Assembly (NCBI GenBank): GCA_024405635.1
Contig: JAKSOL010000025.1
Location: 1 to 42,975, forward strand
DNA from: Salinivirgaceae bacterium
GTDB lineage: Bacteria > Bacteroidota > Bacteroidia > Bacteroidales > SZUA-534
Length of the DNA stretch: 42,975 nt
Direction of reading: 5' to 3'
A program made the translations under genes and the position numbers. The notes under the pieces are model-generated. The model was not told the origin of the DNA. It made no database searches and was given only the letters and a program-made list of their open reading frames with translations. Shown here piece by piece: positions 19,110-29,184 of the stretch. Every line of letters starts with the position of its first letter. Within the stretch, counting starts at the first letter, position 1.

Positions 19110-20159
19110 ATGAAAAAACTACTAATAGTACCATTGTTAGCGTTGGCCTTGCAATCGATGGCTCAAGAGGGAATAATTCGTAAGCACATCGATGGTAATT
19201 TTTATTCAACCCCAATTGTTACCAACGAAAACAAAGTGGTAATTGCATCACACAACAAGCACATTTATATGCTCGACTCGGTTGGAAATGTAACATCTGA
19301 TTATAAAACCAACGGTTGGGTGCACGCTACTCCAAAACTTATTGGCGATACAATTATTGGTATAGGAAGTTACGATGGTCGTTTTTATTTCTTTCAGCCC
19401 AACGGTCAGTTTATTAAGAAAATTAAACCTGGAGGCCGAATTTTTACCGAGCCGGTTGAAATGGGCAGCAACCTTATAGCTTTTGGAAACAATCGCGGCA
19501 AAGTGGTGTTTTACAATATGCACGCCGATTCAATTTACCGTGCAAAAGTGTCGCGTATGGTTCATGGCGGACCAAAACGGTTGGCCGACGGTCGCTTGGC
19601 TATCGGCTCAAATAGTAAGCGAATTTATTTGGTCGATTCGGCTGCCAATGTTCAGTATAAATACAAAACTCATGGTTGGATTATGCACTCAAAACCAACC
19701 GAAACAACCGATAGCTTGATAGTTGTTGGTAGTTACGACAACAACGTTTATGCACTTAACCAACAAGCCGAATTGGTTTGGTATTTTAAAACCGAAGGTC
19801 GCATTCACAGCAATATTGTGCAACTAAGCAACGGTTTGCTAGTGTTTGGCTCGTGGGACGGATATGTATATTTTATTGATGCAAACGGGCAATTGGTAAA
19901 CAAGTATAAAACTGGCGCAAAAGTTGTGTCGTCGCCAGCAATTGTGACAGACAACATGTTGGCTATCAGTTCGTTTGATGGTAATATGTACCTGTTTGAC
20001 TTTAGCGGAAAAATGTTAGGCAAGGTCAATTTGGGATTCCGAATTTTCAGCACACCAATAGTAATGCGCAACGGAACGGTGTTTAACTGTACAATGCAAG
20101 GCGATATGGTTTTTGTAACACCGCAAGCTTTGCGTGAAATTGTTGGAGCCACTGAGTAA
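19110..20159 (+). CDS. Exported PQQ/BamB-like beta-propeller protein
   Basis: Signal peptide and eight ~40-aa repeats (NFYSTP, WVHATP, RIFTEP, MVHGGP, IMHSKP, RIHSNI, KVVSSP, RIFSTP) with GSxDG turns. Confidence 0.8.
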   Translation: MKKLLIVPLLALALQSMAQEGIIRKHIDGNFYSTPIVTNENKVVIASHNKHIYMLDSVGNVTSDYKTNGWVHATPKLIGDTIIGIGSYDGRFYFFQPNGQFIKKIKPGGRIFTEPVEMGSNLIAFGNNRGKVVFYNMHADSIYRAKVSRMVHGGPKRLADGRLAIGSNSKRIYLVDSAANVQYKYKTHGWIMHSKPTETTDSLIVVGSYDNNVYALNQQAELVWYFKTEGRIHSNIVQLSNGLLVFGSWDGYVYFIDANGQLVNKYKTGAKVVSSPAIVTDNMLAISSFDGNMYLFDFSGKMLGKVNLGFRIFSTPIVMRNGTVFNCTMQGDMVFVTPQALREIVGATE

Positions 20160-20189
20160 AATGCTCGGTTGCAAGCCAAATAAATAGTG

Positions 20190-20197
20190 TATATTTG
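20190..20197 (+). promoter_or_regulatory. Bacteroidota -7 promoter element
   Basis: TATATTTG upstream of the DUF4254 gene. Confidence 0.6.
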
Positions 20198-20231
20198 CAG
20201 TTTCAAAAACGTGTGTTAAATATTTATCAAT

Positions 20232-20837
20232 ATGAACTTTACTGAATTGTGTAACAAGATTTTCAACGAGTCGATTAATAACTACCATGTAACCGACAAT
20301 GTTGATACTCCTATAAACAACCCATACGAACTACGTAGCATTGAGTATTATTTGTACCTAAAAAACTGGATTGACACAGTTCAATGGCACTTTGAGGATA
20401 TTATTCGCGACCCAAATATTGATCCAGTTGAGGCTTTGACATTAAAACGCCGCATCGACAAATCGAACCAAGACCGTACCGATCTTGTTGAGCTAATTGA
20501 TAGCTATTTTCTTGATAAATATAAAGACGTTAAAGTGCTTGATTCGGCAGTAATCAACACCGAGAGTCCTGCATGGGCTATTGACCGTTTGTCAATACTT
20601 GCGCTTAAAATTTACCACATGGCACAAGAGGTTAAACGTACCGATGTTTCGGCCGAGCACCTACAACAATGCCAAACTAAACTCAACATTTTGCTTGAAC
20701 AACAAAAAGACCTTGCAGCCGCCATTGAGCAACTTTTGGTTGACATTGAGGCTGGTCGCAAGTATATGAAAGTGTACAAGCAGATGAAAATGTACAACGA
20801 TCCAAACCTTAATCCAGTTCTTTACGCAAAGAAGTAA
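20232..20837 (+). CDS. DUF4254-like conserved Bacteroidota protein
   Basis: NWIDTVQWHFEDIIR, KRRIDKSNQDRTD, ESPAWAIDRLSIL, YKQMKMYND. Confidence 0.85.
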   Translation: MNFTELCNKIFNESINNYHVTDNVDTPINNPYELRSIEYYLYLKNWIDTVQWHFEDIIRDPNIDPVEALTLKRRIDKSNQDRTDLVELIDSYFLDKYKDVKVLDSAVINTESPAWAIDRLSILALKIYHMAQEVKRTDVSAEHLQQCQTKLNILLEQQKDLAAAIEQLLVDIEAGRKYMKVYKQMKMYNDPNLNPVLYAKK

Positions 20838-21844
20838 TGAAGCGACTGCTTGTAATTCGCTTCTCGGCAATGGGCGACGTTGCAATGAGCGTGCCCGTAG
20901 TGTGGTCGTTGGCTACACAATATCCGCAACTGCAAATAACAGTGGTGAGCCGCAAGGTTTTTGCTCCGTTTTACGAACACATGCCCGCCAATGTGCAGTT
21001 TTTTGCTGCTGATTTAAAAGGCGAGCACAAAGGTTTTTGGGGACTCATAAAACTATTTAACCAACTGCGAAAAATGCAGTTTGATGCTGTGGCTGATTTT
21101 CACCACGTTATGCGCTCAATAAAACTGCGCGGAGCATTGTGGCTATGTGGTTGCAAAACTGCCCATATTAAAAAAGAAAGGGCAGCAAAACGCCGACTCA
21201 CACAACCTGAAAACAAGCAATTTCATCAGCTAAAAACATCGTTTGAGCGCTATGCCGATGTGCTGACAAAACTTGGTTTGCCAATTGAACTAAATTTCAC
21301 TTCGGTATTCAATTCAAAACCACAAAGCACAATGGCTAAAGTTGGTTTTGCTCCATTTGCAGCACACAAGGGTAAGATTTATCCTCCCGAAAAAATGGAG
21401 CAAGTGGTTGCTGAACTATCAAAACTAAAAAACATACACATCTATTTATTTGGAGGAGGCAAAACCGAAACCGATATTCTAAGCGCTTGGGAGCAACGCT
21501 ATGAAAATGTTGAAGCCATGCCCGGAAAAATAAACATGAGTGGTGAAATTGCACTTATGAACGAACTTGATGTTATGGTGACAATGGACTCGGGCAATAT
21601 GCACCTTGCATCGTTAAGCGGTACTCCAGTGGTTTCGGTTTGGGGTGCAACTCATCGTTATAGCGGCTTTTTAGGTTGGGGCCAAACACCTGATAATGTT
21701 GTGGAGGTTGAAATGCCATGCCGTCCATGTTCGGTATTTGGAAACAAACCATGTTTAAGAGGCGACTATGCTTGTTTATCATCAATTGAGCCTAAGGCTA
21801 TTGTAGATAAAATAATGAAACATATTTCCGCCAAAGTTCAGTAA
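20837..21844 (+). CDS. GT9 glycosyltransferase (ADP-heptose:LPS heptosyltransferase-like)
   Basis: IRFSAMGDVA, MDSGNMHLA, VWGATH, CRPCS. Confidence 0.9.
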   Translation: MKRLLVIRFSAMGDVAMSVPVVWSLATQYPQLQITVVSRKVFAPFYEHMPANVQFFAADLKGEHKGFWGLIKLFNQLRKMQFDAVADFHHVMRSIKLRGALWLCGCKTAHIKKERAAKRRLTQPENKQFHQLKTSFERYADVLTKLGLPIELNFTSVFNSKPQSTMAKVGFAPFAAHKGKIYPPEKMEQVVAELSKLKNIHIYLFGGGKTETDILSAWEQRYENVEAMPGKINMSGEIALMNELDVMVTMDSGNMHLASLSGTPVVSVWGATHRYSGFLGWGQTPDNVVEVEMPCRPCSVFGNKPCLRGDYACLSSIEPKAIVDKIMKHISAKVQ

Positions 21845-21864
21845 ATCAGCATCTACGCAACGCT

Positions 21865-22932
21865 ATGAAAGTTTGTTTCTTTAATACTGCACAAGTTTGG
21901 GGTGGTGGCGAAAAATGGCATCTCGATATGTCAACAGCACTAAATGCCGAAGGTTGCGATGTGGTAGTTGTGTCGAATAAGGCAAGCGAACTTTTGCATC
22001 GTGCCGATGCTTGTGGATTAGAAACAAAAGGCTTCTCAATTTCAAACTTCAGTTTTCTAAACCCAATTTTGCTTTTTAAAGTTTATAGGTTTTTTAAACG
22101 CCAACAATTTGACGTGGTGGTAATGAACTTTTCAAAAGACCTTAAAGTTGCTGCGCCAATGTCAAAATTAGCAGGGGTTGCAAAACGCATCTATCGTAGA
22201 GGCAGTGCTATTCCAATAAAAAATACAGCAATAAACCGATTCCTGTTTTCAAAGTGCCTTACTCACGTAATTGCAAATTCTGAGTCAACAAAAGCAACTA
22301 TATTACAGAACAACAAAAATCTTTTTCCAGCTGAAAAAATAAAGGTTCTGTACAATGGAATTGACTTTAACGGATTTGGACCTCAGCAAGCATCAGAGCA
22401 TAATCCTATTGTTATTGGCACATTAGGCAGGCTTGAAATCCAAAAAAGACATGATATTTTGATTGAAATAGCATCGTTACTTAAAGAACAAGGCTTACAA
22501 TTTAAAATGCTTATAGGTGGCGAAGGTCGTTTGCGGGCCGATATTGAACAACAGGTAAACACTTTAAACTTAAACAACCATATTGTACTTAAAGGATTTG
22601 TAAACGATGTTGCAAAATTCTTTGAGCAGATTGACATATTTGTTCTAACATCGGAGTGGGAGGGATTTGGCTATGTGTTGGCCGAGGCAATGCGTAGCAG
22701 TAAGCCAATTGTAGCTTTTGATACTAGTAGCAACCCCGAATTGGTGTTTGATGGTCAAAACGGATTCCTTGTCCCTTGGCAAGACAATGCTCGCTTTGCC
22801 AATGCCATTTGCCAGTTGGTAGGTAATTCCGAATTGCGAACAAAGATGGGACGTACGGGATTTAATATTGCCAATCAACGATTTAATATTGCCAAAAACA
22901 AACAACTGACAATAAACTACTTGAAAGAATAA
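21865..22932 (+). CDS. GT4 glycosyltransferase
   Basis: WGGGE, YNGID, LGRLEIQK, SEWEGFGYVLAEAM. Confidence 0.9.
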   Translation: MKVCFFNTAQVWGGGEKWHLDMSTALNAEGCDVVVVSNKASELLHRADACGLETKGFSISNFSFLNPILLFKVYRFFKRQQFDVVVMNFSKDLKVAAPMSKLAGVAKRIYRRGSAIPIKNTAINRFLFSKCLTHVIANSESTKATILQNNKNLFPAEKIKVLYNGIDFNGFGPQQASEHNPIVIGTLGRLEIQKRHDILIEIASLLKEQGLQFKMLIGGEGRLRADIEQQVNTLNLNNHIVLKGFVNDVAKFFEQIDIFVLTSEWEGFGYVLAEAMRSSKPIVAFDTSSNPELVFDGQNGFLVPWQDNARFANAICQLVGNSELRTKMGRTGFNIANQRFNIAKNKQLTINYLKE

Positions 22933-23684
22933 TGGACAAGATATCGGTTGTTATAATTACCTACAACGAAGAGAGTAACATTGCTCGATGCCTCGATTCG
23001 GTAAATGCTATAGCTGACGAGATTGTTGTAGTTGATTCGTTGTCAACCGACAACACAAAATCCATTTGCAGTAGGTATAATAAAGTTCGTTTTATTGAAC
23101 ATGTGTTCAGTGGATTTGGAGCGCAAAAGCAGTTTGCAATCAATCAGGCTCAAAATAATTGGGTGCTTTTTATTGATGCCGACGAACAACTGAGTGCTGA
23201 GTTGGTGGCTGAAATAGAGCAACTTAAGACAATGGGTTTTAAAGATGGAGGATATTATGTCCATAGAAAAACCTTTTATCAAGGCAAACTGCTAAACTTT
23301 TGCGGAATGCGCCGCGAAAAACATTTGCGTTTGTTTAATCGTACTTTGGGTTCGTTTACTCAAGTGCTTGTTCATGAATCGTTTGAGACTAAATTGCCTT
23401 GCATGAACTTAAAGAATTCGTTTTTTCATTATCCGTACAAGAATCTTGAGCATCATTTGCAAAAAATAAATAGCTACACAACGCTTTGGGCAACAAACAA
23501 GAGCGAGTGTGGAGTTCGTTGTACTAAACTTAAAGCAATAGCCAAATGTTGCAACCGATTGTTTGCAATACTCTTTATAAAACTTGCTATTCTTGATGGT
23601 ATGGCTGGAGTTATTTGGGCAATTATGGGTGCGTACTACACTTTTTTAAAATACGCTAAACTTGCTGAATTAAGCGACAAATAG
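22932..23684 (+). CDS. GT2 glycosyltransferase (LPS beta-glucosyltransferase-like)
   Basis: ISVVIITYNEE, VDSLSTD, IDADE, VHE, KYAKL. Confidence 0.9.
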   Translation: MDKISVVIITYNEESNIARCLDSVNAIADEIVVVDSLSTDNTKSICSRYNKVRFIEHVFSGFGAQKQFAINQAQNNWVLFIDADEQLSAELVAEIEQLKTMGFKDGGYYVHRKTFYQGKLLNFCGMRREKHLRLFNRTLGSFTQVLVHESFETKLPCMNLKNSFFHYPYKNLEHHLQKINSYTTLWATNKSECGVRCTKLKAIAKCCNRLFAILFIKLAILDGMAGVIWAIMGAYYTFLKYAKLAELSDK

Positions 23685-23688
23685 CTGC

Positions 23689-24726
23689 CTAATTTGTAAG
23701 TTGAAAGTATTTGTAAGCCACTAAAAGTGAAATAACATCTTCGCGTTTCTTGTCTTTAAACTGGTTGACAAATTCGTGCGCGTGTTCAATAATAGCTTTA
23801 GCCTCGTCAATGTGCGATTCGTAATAAGCAATACGTTCCTCAATGTCAGAATAGTCGGGTTTAATGGCTATGTAGTGATAGTTGGGTATTAGTTTGCCTT
23901 CCATAAACCAACTTTCGCAGGTTGGAGGTGGCATAACTGCAATTGAATTACTACTCATAACCCACTTAAGGTTGCTAGCCACATCGTTACCTTCAAGTGC
24001 CATTATGTAGCGGTAATGCAAGTGTTCTTTTATGCTTATTTCTTTGCCTTGCCATTCTTTTGGATTAGCCGAGTTGCGTGCAGTGTCGAGTATTGAGAAA
24101 AGTGGGTTGCCCATGAACTTTTCTATAAACAATTGTCGGCGATTTTTACCAGTAACTGCGCCGCGAAAAATTACAATCGATTGTTTTTTCTCAAACGGAA
24201 TAGGGTCATTAACAAAAATAAAATGCCGCATTTTGTTTAGTTTGAGTAAAACGCTGTTCTGGTTAGGAATATAAAGAGGGCGGCTTTTTATTATTGTGGG
24301 GTAGTCAAATGTTTGGGTTTCAGTTCCGTTTGCAATTGAAAGCAGTTGGTCGTTGGTATATAATTTGCCGTTTAATTCGCAAACAGCATCACCGCTGACA
24401 AATAGCCATTTTAGATTTTTGTCGAAATAGCGATTCCATTCAACAGTGTCGAAAAAATAAACGGTTTTAACTTTTCGGTTTCTGAATGTAAAATCGGCAA
24501 GTTTTGGTGCCGACTCTGGCAACTTTACTTTATTCTCAAACTTGCAATAATATTCAACTCGGCTGTTGATGTAATTGCTTTCAGGACCACATTCTGAGGC
24601 TTTAATAGCCATTTGCAAACGCTTGTTTAATAACTTTTTAATAAGGAAATTGGGTATAATGTACCAACTCCACGAGCGTAAATTGTATTTCAGCCTACTG
24701 TCCTTATTTATTACCAACACTTTCAT
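23689..24726 (-). CDS. GT90/CAP10-like LPS biosynthesis protein
   Basis: KSRP, LKLNKMRHF, FRGA, LEGNDVASNLKW, ESWFMEG. Confidence 0.82.
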   Translation of the reverse strand: MKVLVINKDSRLKYNLRSWSWYIIPNFLIKKLLNKRLQMAIKASECGPESNYINSRVEYYCKFENKVKLPESAPKLADFTFRNRKVKTVYFFDTVEWNRYFDKNLKWLFVSGDAVCELNGKLYTNDQLLSIANGTETQTFDYPTIIKSRPLYIPNQNSVLLKLNKMRHFIFVNDPIPFEKKQSIVIFRGAVTGKNRRQLFIEKFMGNPLFSILDTARNSANPKEWQGKEISIKEHLHYRYIMALEGNDVASNLKWVMSSNSIAVMPPPTCESWFMEGKLIPNYHYIAIKPDYSDIEERIAYYESHIDEAKAIIEHAHEFVNQFKDKKREDVISLLVAYKYFQLTN

Positions 24727-24733
24727 TAAAGTA

Positions 24734-25858
24734 TTATTTTCTTACAAGTTCTAAATAACAATTCATTGTTTGTTTAGCCATTTGTTCTTTTGAGAATTGT
24801 GCAGCGTGTTGTTTCCCTTGTATTATCATTGCAGAGTGTGTGACGGGGTCTTGTGTTTTCAAAACAGCCGATGCTAAAGCTTTGGCATCGTTGGGCGATA
24901 CATAAATTGAGCCAATGCCGCCAGCCTCTTCAAGGCACGAACCTGTTGCTGCTACAACCGGAACTCCTACATTGAGCGCTTCAACTATAGGAATGCCAAA
25001 ACCTTCGTATCGCGATGGATAAACAAACACTTGTGCTGCTTTGTATATTGGCATTAGATGAGCAAATGGCACATTAGTGAGCAAATGAACACGATTAGCA
25101 ACTCCGTCTTTTTCAGCTTGAGCCAAAATGCGGTTGCAGTATGGTGTTTGTTTTCCCACAAGCACAAGGTGAATATCGGTTGGAAGATGAGGTAATGATT
25201 CTACTGCAAGTTGTGCGTTTTTACGTTCTTCAATTGATCCTACGCAAAGAACATATTTTTCGGGCAGTTGGTATTTTTTCTGCACTTCAGCAATTTGTTC
25301 GTTGCTTATTTCGGCCGAAAATGCATCGTCGCAACCTTGGTAAATAACCTGAATTTTCTCTTCGGGAATGTTGTAAAACCTAATAATGTCGCGTTTGGTG
25401 CATTGGCTCACTGCTACTATAATGTCGGCGTTTTGGCAAGCTTTACGAAATTTGTAGTTGTAAATTTTGCGGTCAAAAAACTTGTAGCATTGTGGCATTG
25501 TGCGGAAAATAAGGTCGTGAACCGTAACAATGCTTTTGCCGTTTGTTTTACTTATGGTTAAAGGAAGTTCACTACTCAATCCGTGAAAAACATCAATGCA
25601 ATGGTTATTAATGTTGCGCCAAATGCCAAACACGCGCCATAGCGAGCTGAAAAACTTGTTCTTAGGTGTTACAATTTTCACATTCGGCTTATTAGCAATT
25701 ATATCGTCAAGCCGGCTATTTGTCCTCTTTTTTGGGGCAAACAAAATGTATTCGTTTTCGGGGAAATAGGTAAGCAATGCGTCAATTACGTAACGGCTGT
25801 AGTTCCCAAGACCAGTCATGTTTTGCACTGCACGTTTTGCATCAAATCCTATCCTCAT
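24734..25858 (-). CDS. GT4 glycosyltransferase
   Basis: RIGFDAKR..TGLGNYSR, TVHDL, VGSIEERKN, YEGFGIPIVEA. Confidence 0.9.
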   Translation of the reverse strand: MRIGFDAKRAVQNMTGLGNYSRYVIDALLTYFPENEYILFAPKKRTNSRLDDIIANKPNVKIVTPKNKFFSSLWRVFGIWRNINNHCIDVFHGLSSELPLTISKTNGKSIVTVHDLIFRTMPQCYKFFDRKIYNYKFRKACQNADIIVAVSQCTKRDIIRFYNIPEEKIQVIYQGCDDAFSAEISNEQIAEVQKKYQLPEKYVLCVGSIEERKNAQLAVESLPHLPTDIHLVLVGKQTPYCNRILAQAEKDGVANRVHLLTNVPFAHLMPIYKAAQVFVYPSRYEGFGIPIVEALNVGVPVVAATGSCLEEAGGIGSIYVSPNDAKALASAVLKTQDPVTHSAMIIQGKQHAAQFSKEQMAKQTMNCYLELVRK

Positions 25859-25900
25859 TCTATTTAGCAAATGGAGTTGTGTATTGAGTTGCAAATTAAC

Positions 25901-25944
25901 AAAAAACCATCACTCATTTTGACTACACAAAACGGTGATGGTTT
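25901..25944 (-). terminator. Intrinsic terminator of the ABC gene
   Basis: AAACCATCAC / GTGATGGTTT stem with an A-run on the left. Confidence 0.65.
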
Positions 25945-25965
25945 GTATGCTTTTTAGGTTAACTA

Positions 25966-28900
25966 TTATGATCTGCTATGCGAGAACAGTTTAATTGCTT
26001 TACGTAATCCGTCGCATAGCAACAAAATGTAAAGCAGAGCGTTCATAAGCCACAAAACCACAATATTGAACCAATAGGTGTCAAACTGAATGTCGCCAAT
26101 TTGTTTTACTGCCGAATAGAAGTGTGCACGTCCGCAGCGACTTTCGGGCTCGCGATAAATTGGGTCCGATAGTTGAATGAAATGGTCGCCATGGTCATGT
26201 ATCTTTTCCATTTCTTGACGGTTAAGAACAAACATGTTCAACGCATCGTTGCAACTACGTTTCTTAATCTCAATTAACTTTTTGCTGCCACCAACTTGTT
26301 GTGTCACTTCAGCAATCTCGTTGTCGAGTACCGAAATGGCTTTGTTTTGCAATTGTTGATAGTATTTAGTTACTAGCGCCAAGTGTTGAGTCAACTGAGC
26401 GTTCATGTTTTTGCTGTTAAATCCTTCAGGGGTGATGTCGGCAACAGCTTTGAATTGATATTTAGGCGTTTTTTCGTTCATGCGCGCAATCTCGTTCTGC
26501 ATAAATTTAATGTTTGCATCACGTTCATCGCCTTCGGTTTGTTGGTTTATCTTGGCCAATTTGTTGTTCAAGGCTGGCAACAAATACGAGCACATATAAG
26601 CTGCTTTGCTCTTCTCTTTTTCAATATAAAAGAAGTTACGTTGGTATTCGTTGTCGCGGAATTGTTTTACAGCTAATGCCTCGTATGCCCAACGCGAAAT
26701 CATTATATCGCCCAATACTGGAACTTGCTCATACGAACTAATTGATTTGTTTAGTTTATCGAATTTAACCATTGTGCCGCTGAACAAAAGTTGAGGTACA
26801 ATGAGGAATGGAATAAGGATGTAGATGGTTACTACCGAATCGAGTGCTGCTGACACGTTTAAGCCAATCATGTTTGAAACGCACGATGCGGTGAATAGTA
26901 TTAGCCAGTATGCCAATGTCATTCCGTGTATTTCCATTATAAGGTTGCCAATTAGTGCAAACGATATGGTTTGAATGGCTGAAATGAGGAACAAAACGGC
27001 AATCTTGCTATTCAAGTAACTAAAACGGCTCAAGTTTAGGAACGATTCGCGTTTTAAAAGTTGGCGGTCGCGAATAATCTCTTCGGCACTTACAGTAAGA
27101 CCGATGAAAATTGCCACAACCACAGCCATAAACATATATATTGGAATGTTCTCGTTGCCGCTGAACACATATACGTTTGGATTGCCGTTTTCGCCTTGAA
27201 CATACTTGGTAAAGTAAGCCAAAAGCAAAGCTAATACAGGGGCTTCAAGAAAGTTGATGAGCATGTATTGTGTGTTTGCAAGTTTTGACAACACGTTACG
27301 TTGACAGAAAATCCAGAATTGTTTTAACAACGATGGAATTTTGAATTTGTTTTCAGGTAACTGTTGGCGAGTAGTATCAAGTTTATGGTTCGATGCTTTG
27401 TCGCTTTCGTATGTTTTAGCCCATTCTTCGGCCGAAGTTTTGCGCTTACGAGTAATGCGTCCGTACTCGTCAACCACCTTGGCCTCAACAATTTGCAAAA
27501 CTTGCTCTGGATTGATGTTTCCGCAATGGTAGCACTCGCTTTCGGTTGCGTTAACGTAGTTGCTTTTGGTTTTAAAGTAAACAACTGAATCAACTGGGTT
27601 GCCGTAGTAGATAAGGTAGCCACCGCGGTCCATAATCAGCAGTTTGTCAAACATTTTGAAAATGTCTGATGATGGTTGGTGGATATTTACAATAACCAAT
27701 TTGCCTTTTAAGGTTTGTTCCTTCAAAAGGTCCATTACCATTTCCGAGTCCATTGACGACAAACCAGAAGTAGGTTCATCGACAAACATAACCAATGGCT
27801 CGCGAATAAGCTCTAGCGCAATGTTCAAGCGTTTGCGTTGGCCGCCACTAATGGTTTTCTTAAGTGGGTTACCTACAATAAGGTCAGCTGTTGCTTTCAG
27901 ATCAAGGTCCTCAAGCACACGATTTACAATTTCGTCAATCTGCTCGTCGGTATAGTCGCCAAAGCAAAGTTTAGCGCTGTAGAAAAGGTTTTGATATACA
28001 GTAAGCTCTTCAATCAAAAGGTCGTCTTGTGGGACAAAACCAATAATGCCGTTAAGGTTGCTACCTTCGGTATAAACATCGTAACCATTAATAAGCACTT
28101 GTCCGCTTTGTGGACGTAGGTTTCCGTTGAGCACATTTAGTAATGTTGATTTACCAACACCACTACCACCCATAATTCCTACTAAAGTGCCGCCAGGTTC
28201 GCTAAAGTTAAAATTGTGCAATCCGTTTTTGCTTCCTTTAAAGCGGAACTCAACGTCTTTTGCAGTAAATACAACTTTTTGGCTATCGGGGTTGTTTATG
28301 AATTTTGAAACAATGTCGCTGTAATATATTGATCCAATTTTTGAACTGCGAATAGCCGAACCTTTTGGAATCATGTATGTGCGGTTAAGCAATACCGAGT
28401 GGCTATTAAGCGTTAAATCGGTTTCGCCAACATAGCGGAAAGCGTATGCGTTGATTGATGGCAAGGCAATAACGGTAATTCTACCTTCAAGGTTCTTGTA
28501 GCGCAAGTGCTTGAACTTTAAAAGAGGAGCATTGTCGTTTTTGTCTATAATCATCACCATCTCTTTGTGAGGGATTTTTTCCAAATCGCTCTCAAGAGTA
28601 AAGGCGTAGCAGTTAAAGTATTCGTCCTCAGGAATGTTGAAAATGTCGGCAACGGTGCGGACAAAGTCAAGTTCTTTTTCGCTAATGGTTTCGCTAAAAC
28701 TGATGAATTCAAGTAATTGAAGAAGCACCAAAATCTTTTGGTCTTGCTTTAACTCTTCGTTTATTTGTCCACAAATGCGCAACACTTTGGTAGAGTTAGA
28801 CGAAACACGTTTGCGGTCTTTCTTTTGTTCGTCGCTACCAATATCTTTTTTACGTTGCTGCATGCCACAATGCTCATCAAACAGTTCAAGGTATTCCTCA

Positions 28901-29034
28901 ACCTGCTCGCTACTCAATTGTTGGCGCAAATATGATTCTACAATGGCTCTCGATTGCTCGTAAACGTTGTTTTCGCTACTGTTTGCAATAATGGCAAACA
29001 AGTGCATAAGTGCTTTTAAAATCGATTCACTCAT
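25966..29034 (-). CDS. Large ABC transporter: TerB-like N-terminal domain + NBD + ABC-2 TMD (ABCG-type NBD-first order)
   Basis: GGSGVGKST, VPQDD, ISGGQRKR, FVDEPTSGL, NIHQP; multiple C-terminal TMs with PQLLFSG and SRWAYE; N-terminal ISEKELDFVRTVADIFNI helix pattern. Confidence 0.88.
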   Translation of the reverse strand: MSESILKALMHLFAIIANSSENNVYEQSRAIVESYLRQQLSSEQVEEYLELFDEHCGMQQRKKDIGSDEQKKDRKRVSSNSTKVLRICGQINEELKQDQKILVLLQLLEFISFSETISEKELDFVRTVADIFNIPEDEYFNCYAFTLESDLEKIPHKEMVMIIDKNDNAPLLKFKHLRYKNLEGRITVIALPSINAYAFRYVGETDLTLNSHSVLLNRTYMIPKGSAIRSSKIGSIYYSDIVSKFINNPDSQKVVFTAKDVEFRFKGSKNGLHNFNFSEPGGTLVGIMGGSGVGKSTLLNVLNGNLRPQSGQVLINGYDVYTEGSNLNGIIGFVPQDDLLIEELTVYQNLFYSAKLCFGDYTDEQIDEIVNRVLEDLDLKATADLIVGNPLKKTISGGQRKRLNIALELIREPLVMFVDEPTSGLSSMDSEMVMDLLKEQTLKGKLVIVNIHQPSSDIFKMFDKLLIMDRGGYLIYYGNPVDSVVYFKTKSNYVNATESECYHCGNINPEQVLQIVEAKVVDEYGRITRKRKTSAEEWAKTYESDKASNHKLDTTRQQLPENKFKIPSLLKQFWIFCQRNVLSKLANTQYMLINFLEAPVLALLLAYFTKYVQGENGNPNVYVFSGNENIPIYMFMAVVVAIFIGLTVSAEEIIRDRQLLKRESFLNLSRFSYLNSKIAVLFLISAIQTISFALIGNLIMEIHGMTLAYWLILFTASCVSNMIGLNVSAALDSVVTIYILIPFLIVPQLLFSGTMVKFDKLNKSISSYEQVPVLGDIMISRWAYEALAVKQFRDNEYQRNFFYIEKEKSKAAYMCSYLLPALNNKLAKINQQTEGDERDANIKFMQNEIARMNEKTPKYQFKAVADITPEGFNSKNMNAQLTQHLALVTKYYQQLQNKAISVLDNEIAEVTQQVGGSKKLIEIKKRSCNDALNMFVLNRQEMEKIHDHGDHFIQLSDPIYREPESRCGRAHFYSAVKQIGDIQFDTYWFNIVVLWLMNALLYILLLCDGLRKAIKLFSHSRS

Positions 29035-29184
29035 TTAATGAAAGGTTTTTTATTCTTATGAAAAGTTTTTTCGGTCTAAAAGTAAGTTTTTATTGAAAAA
29101 ATGTACACTTTTATTTTTCTGTTTTAAAAGACTTGTTGTTTGGTTTCAACAAGGTATTTTAGGGCACTGCAAAAAGTAACGATT

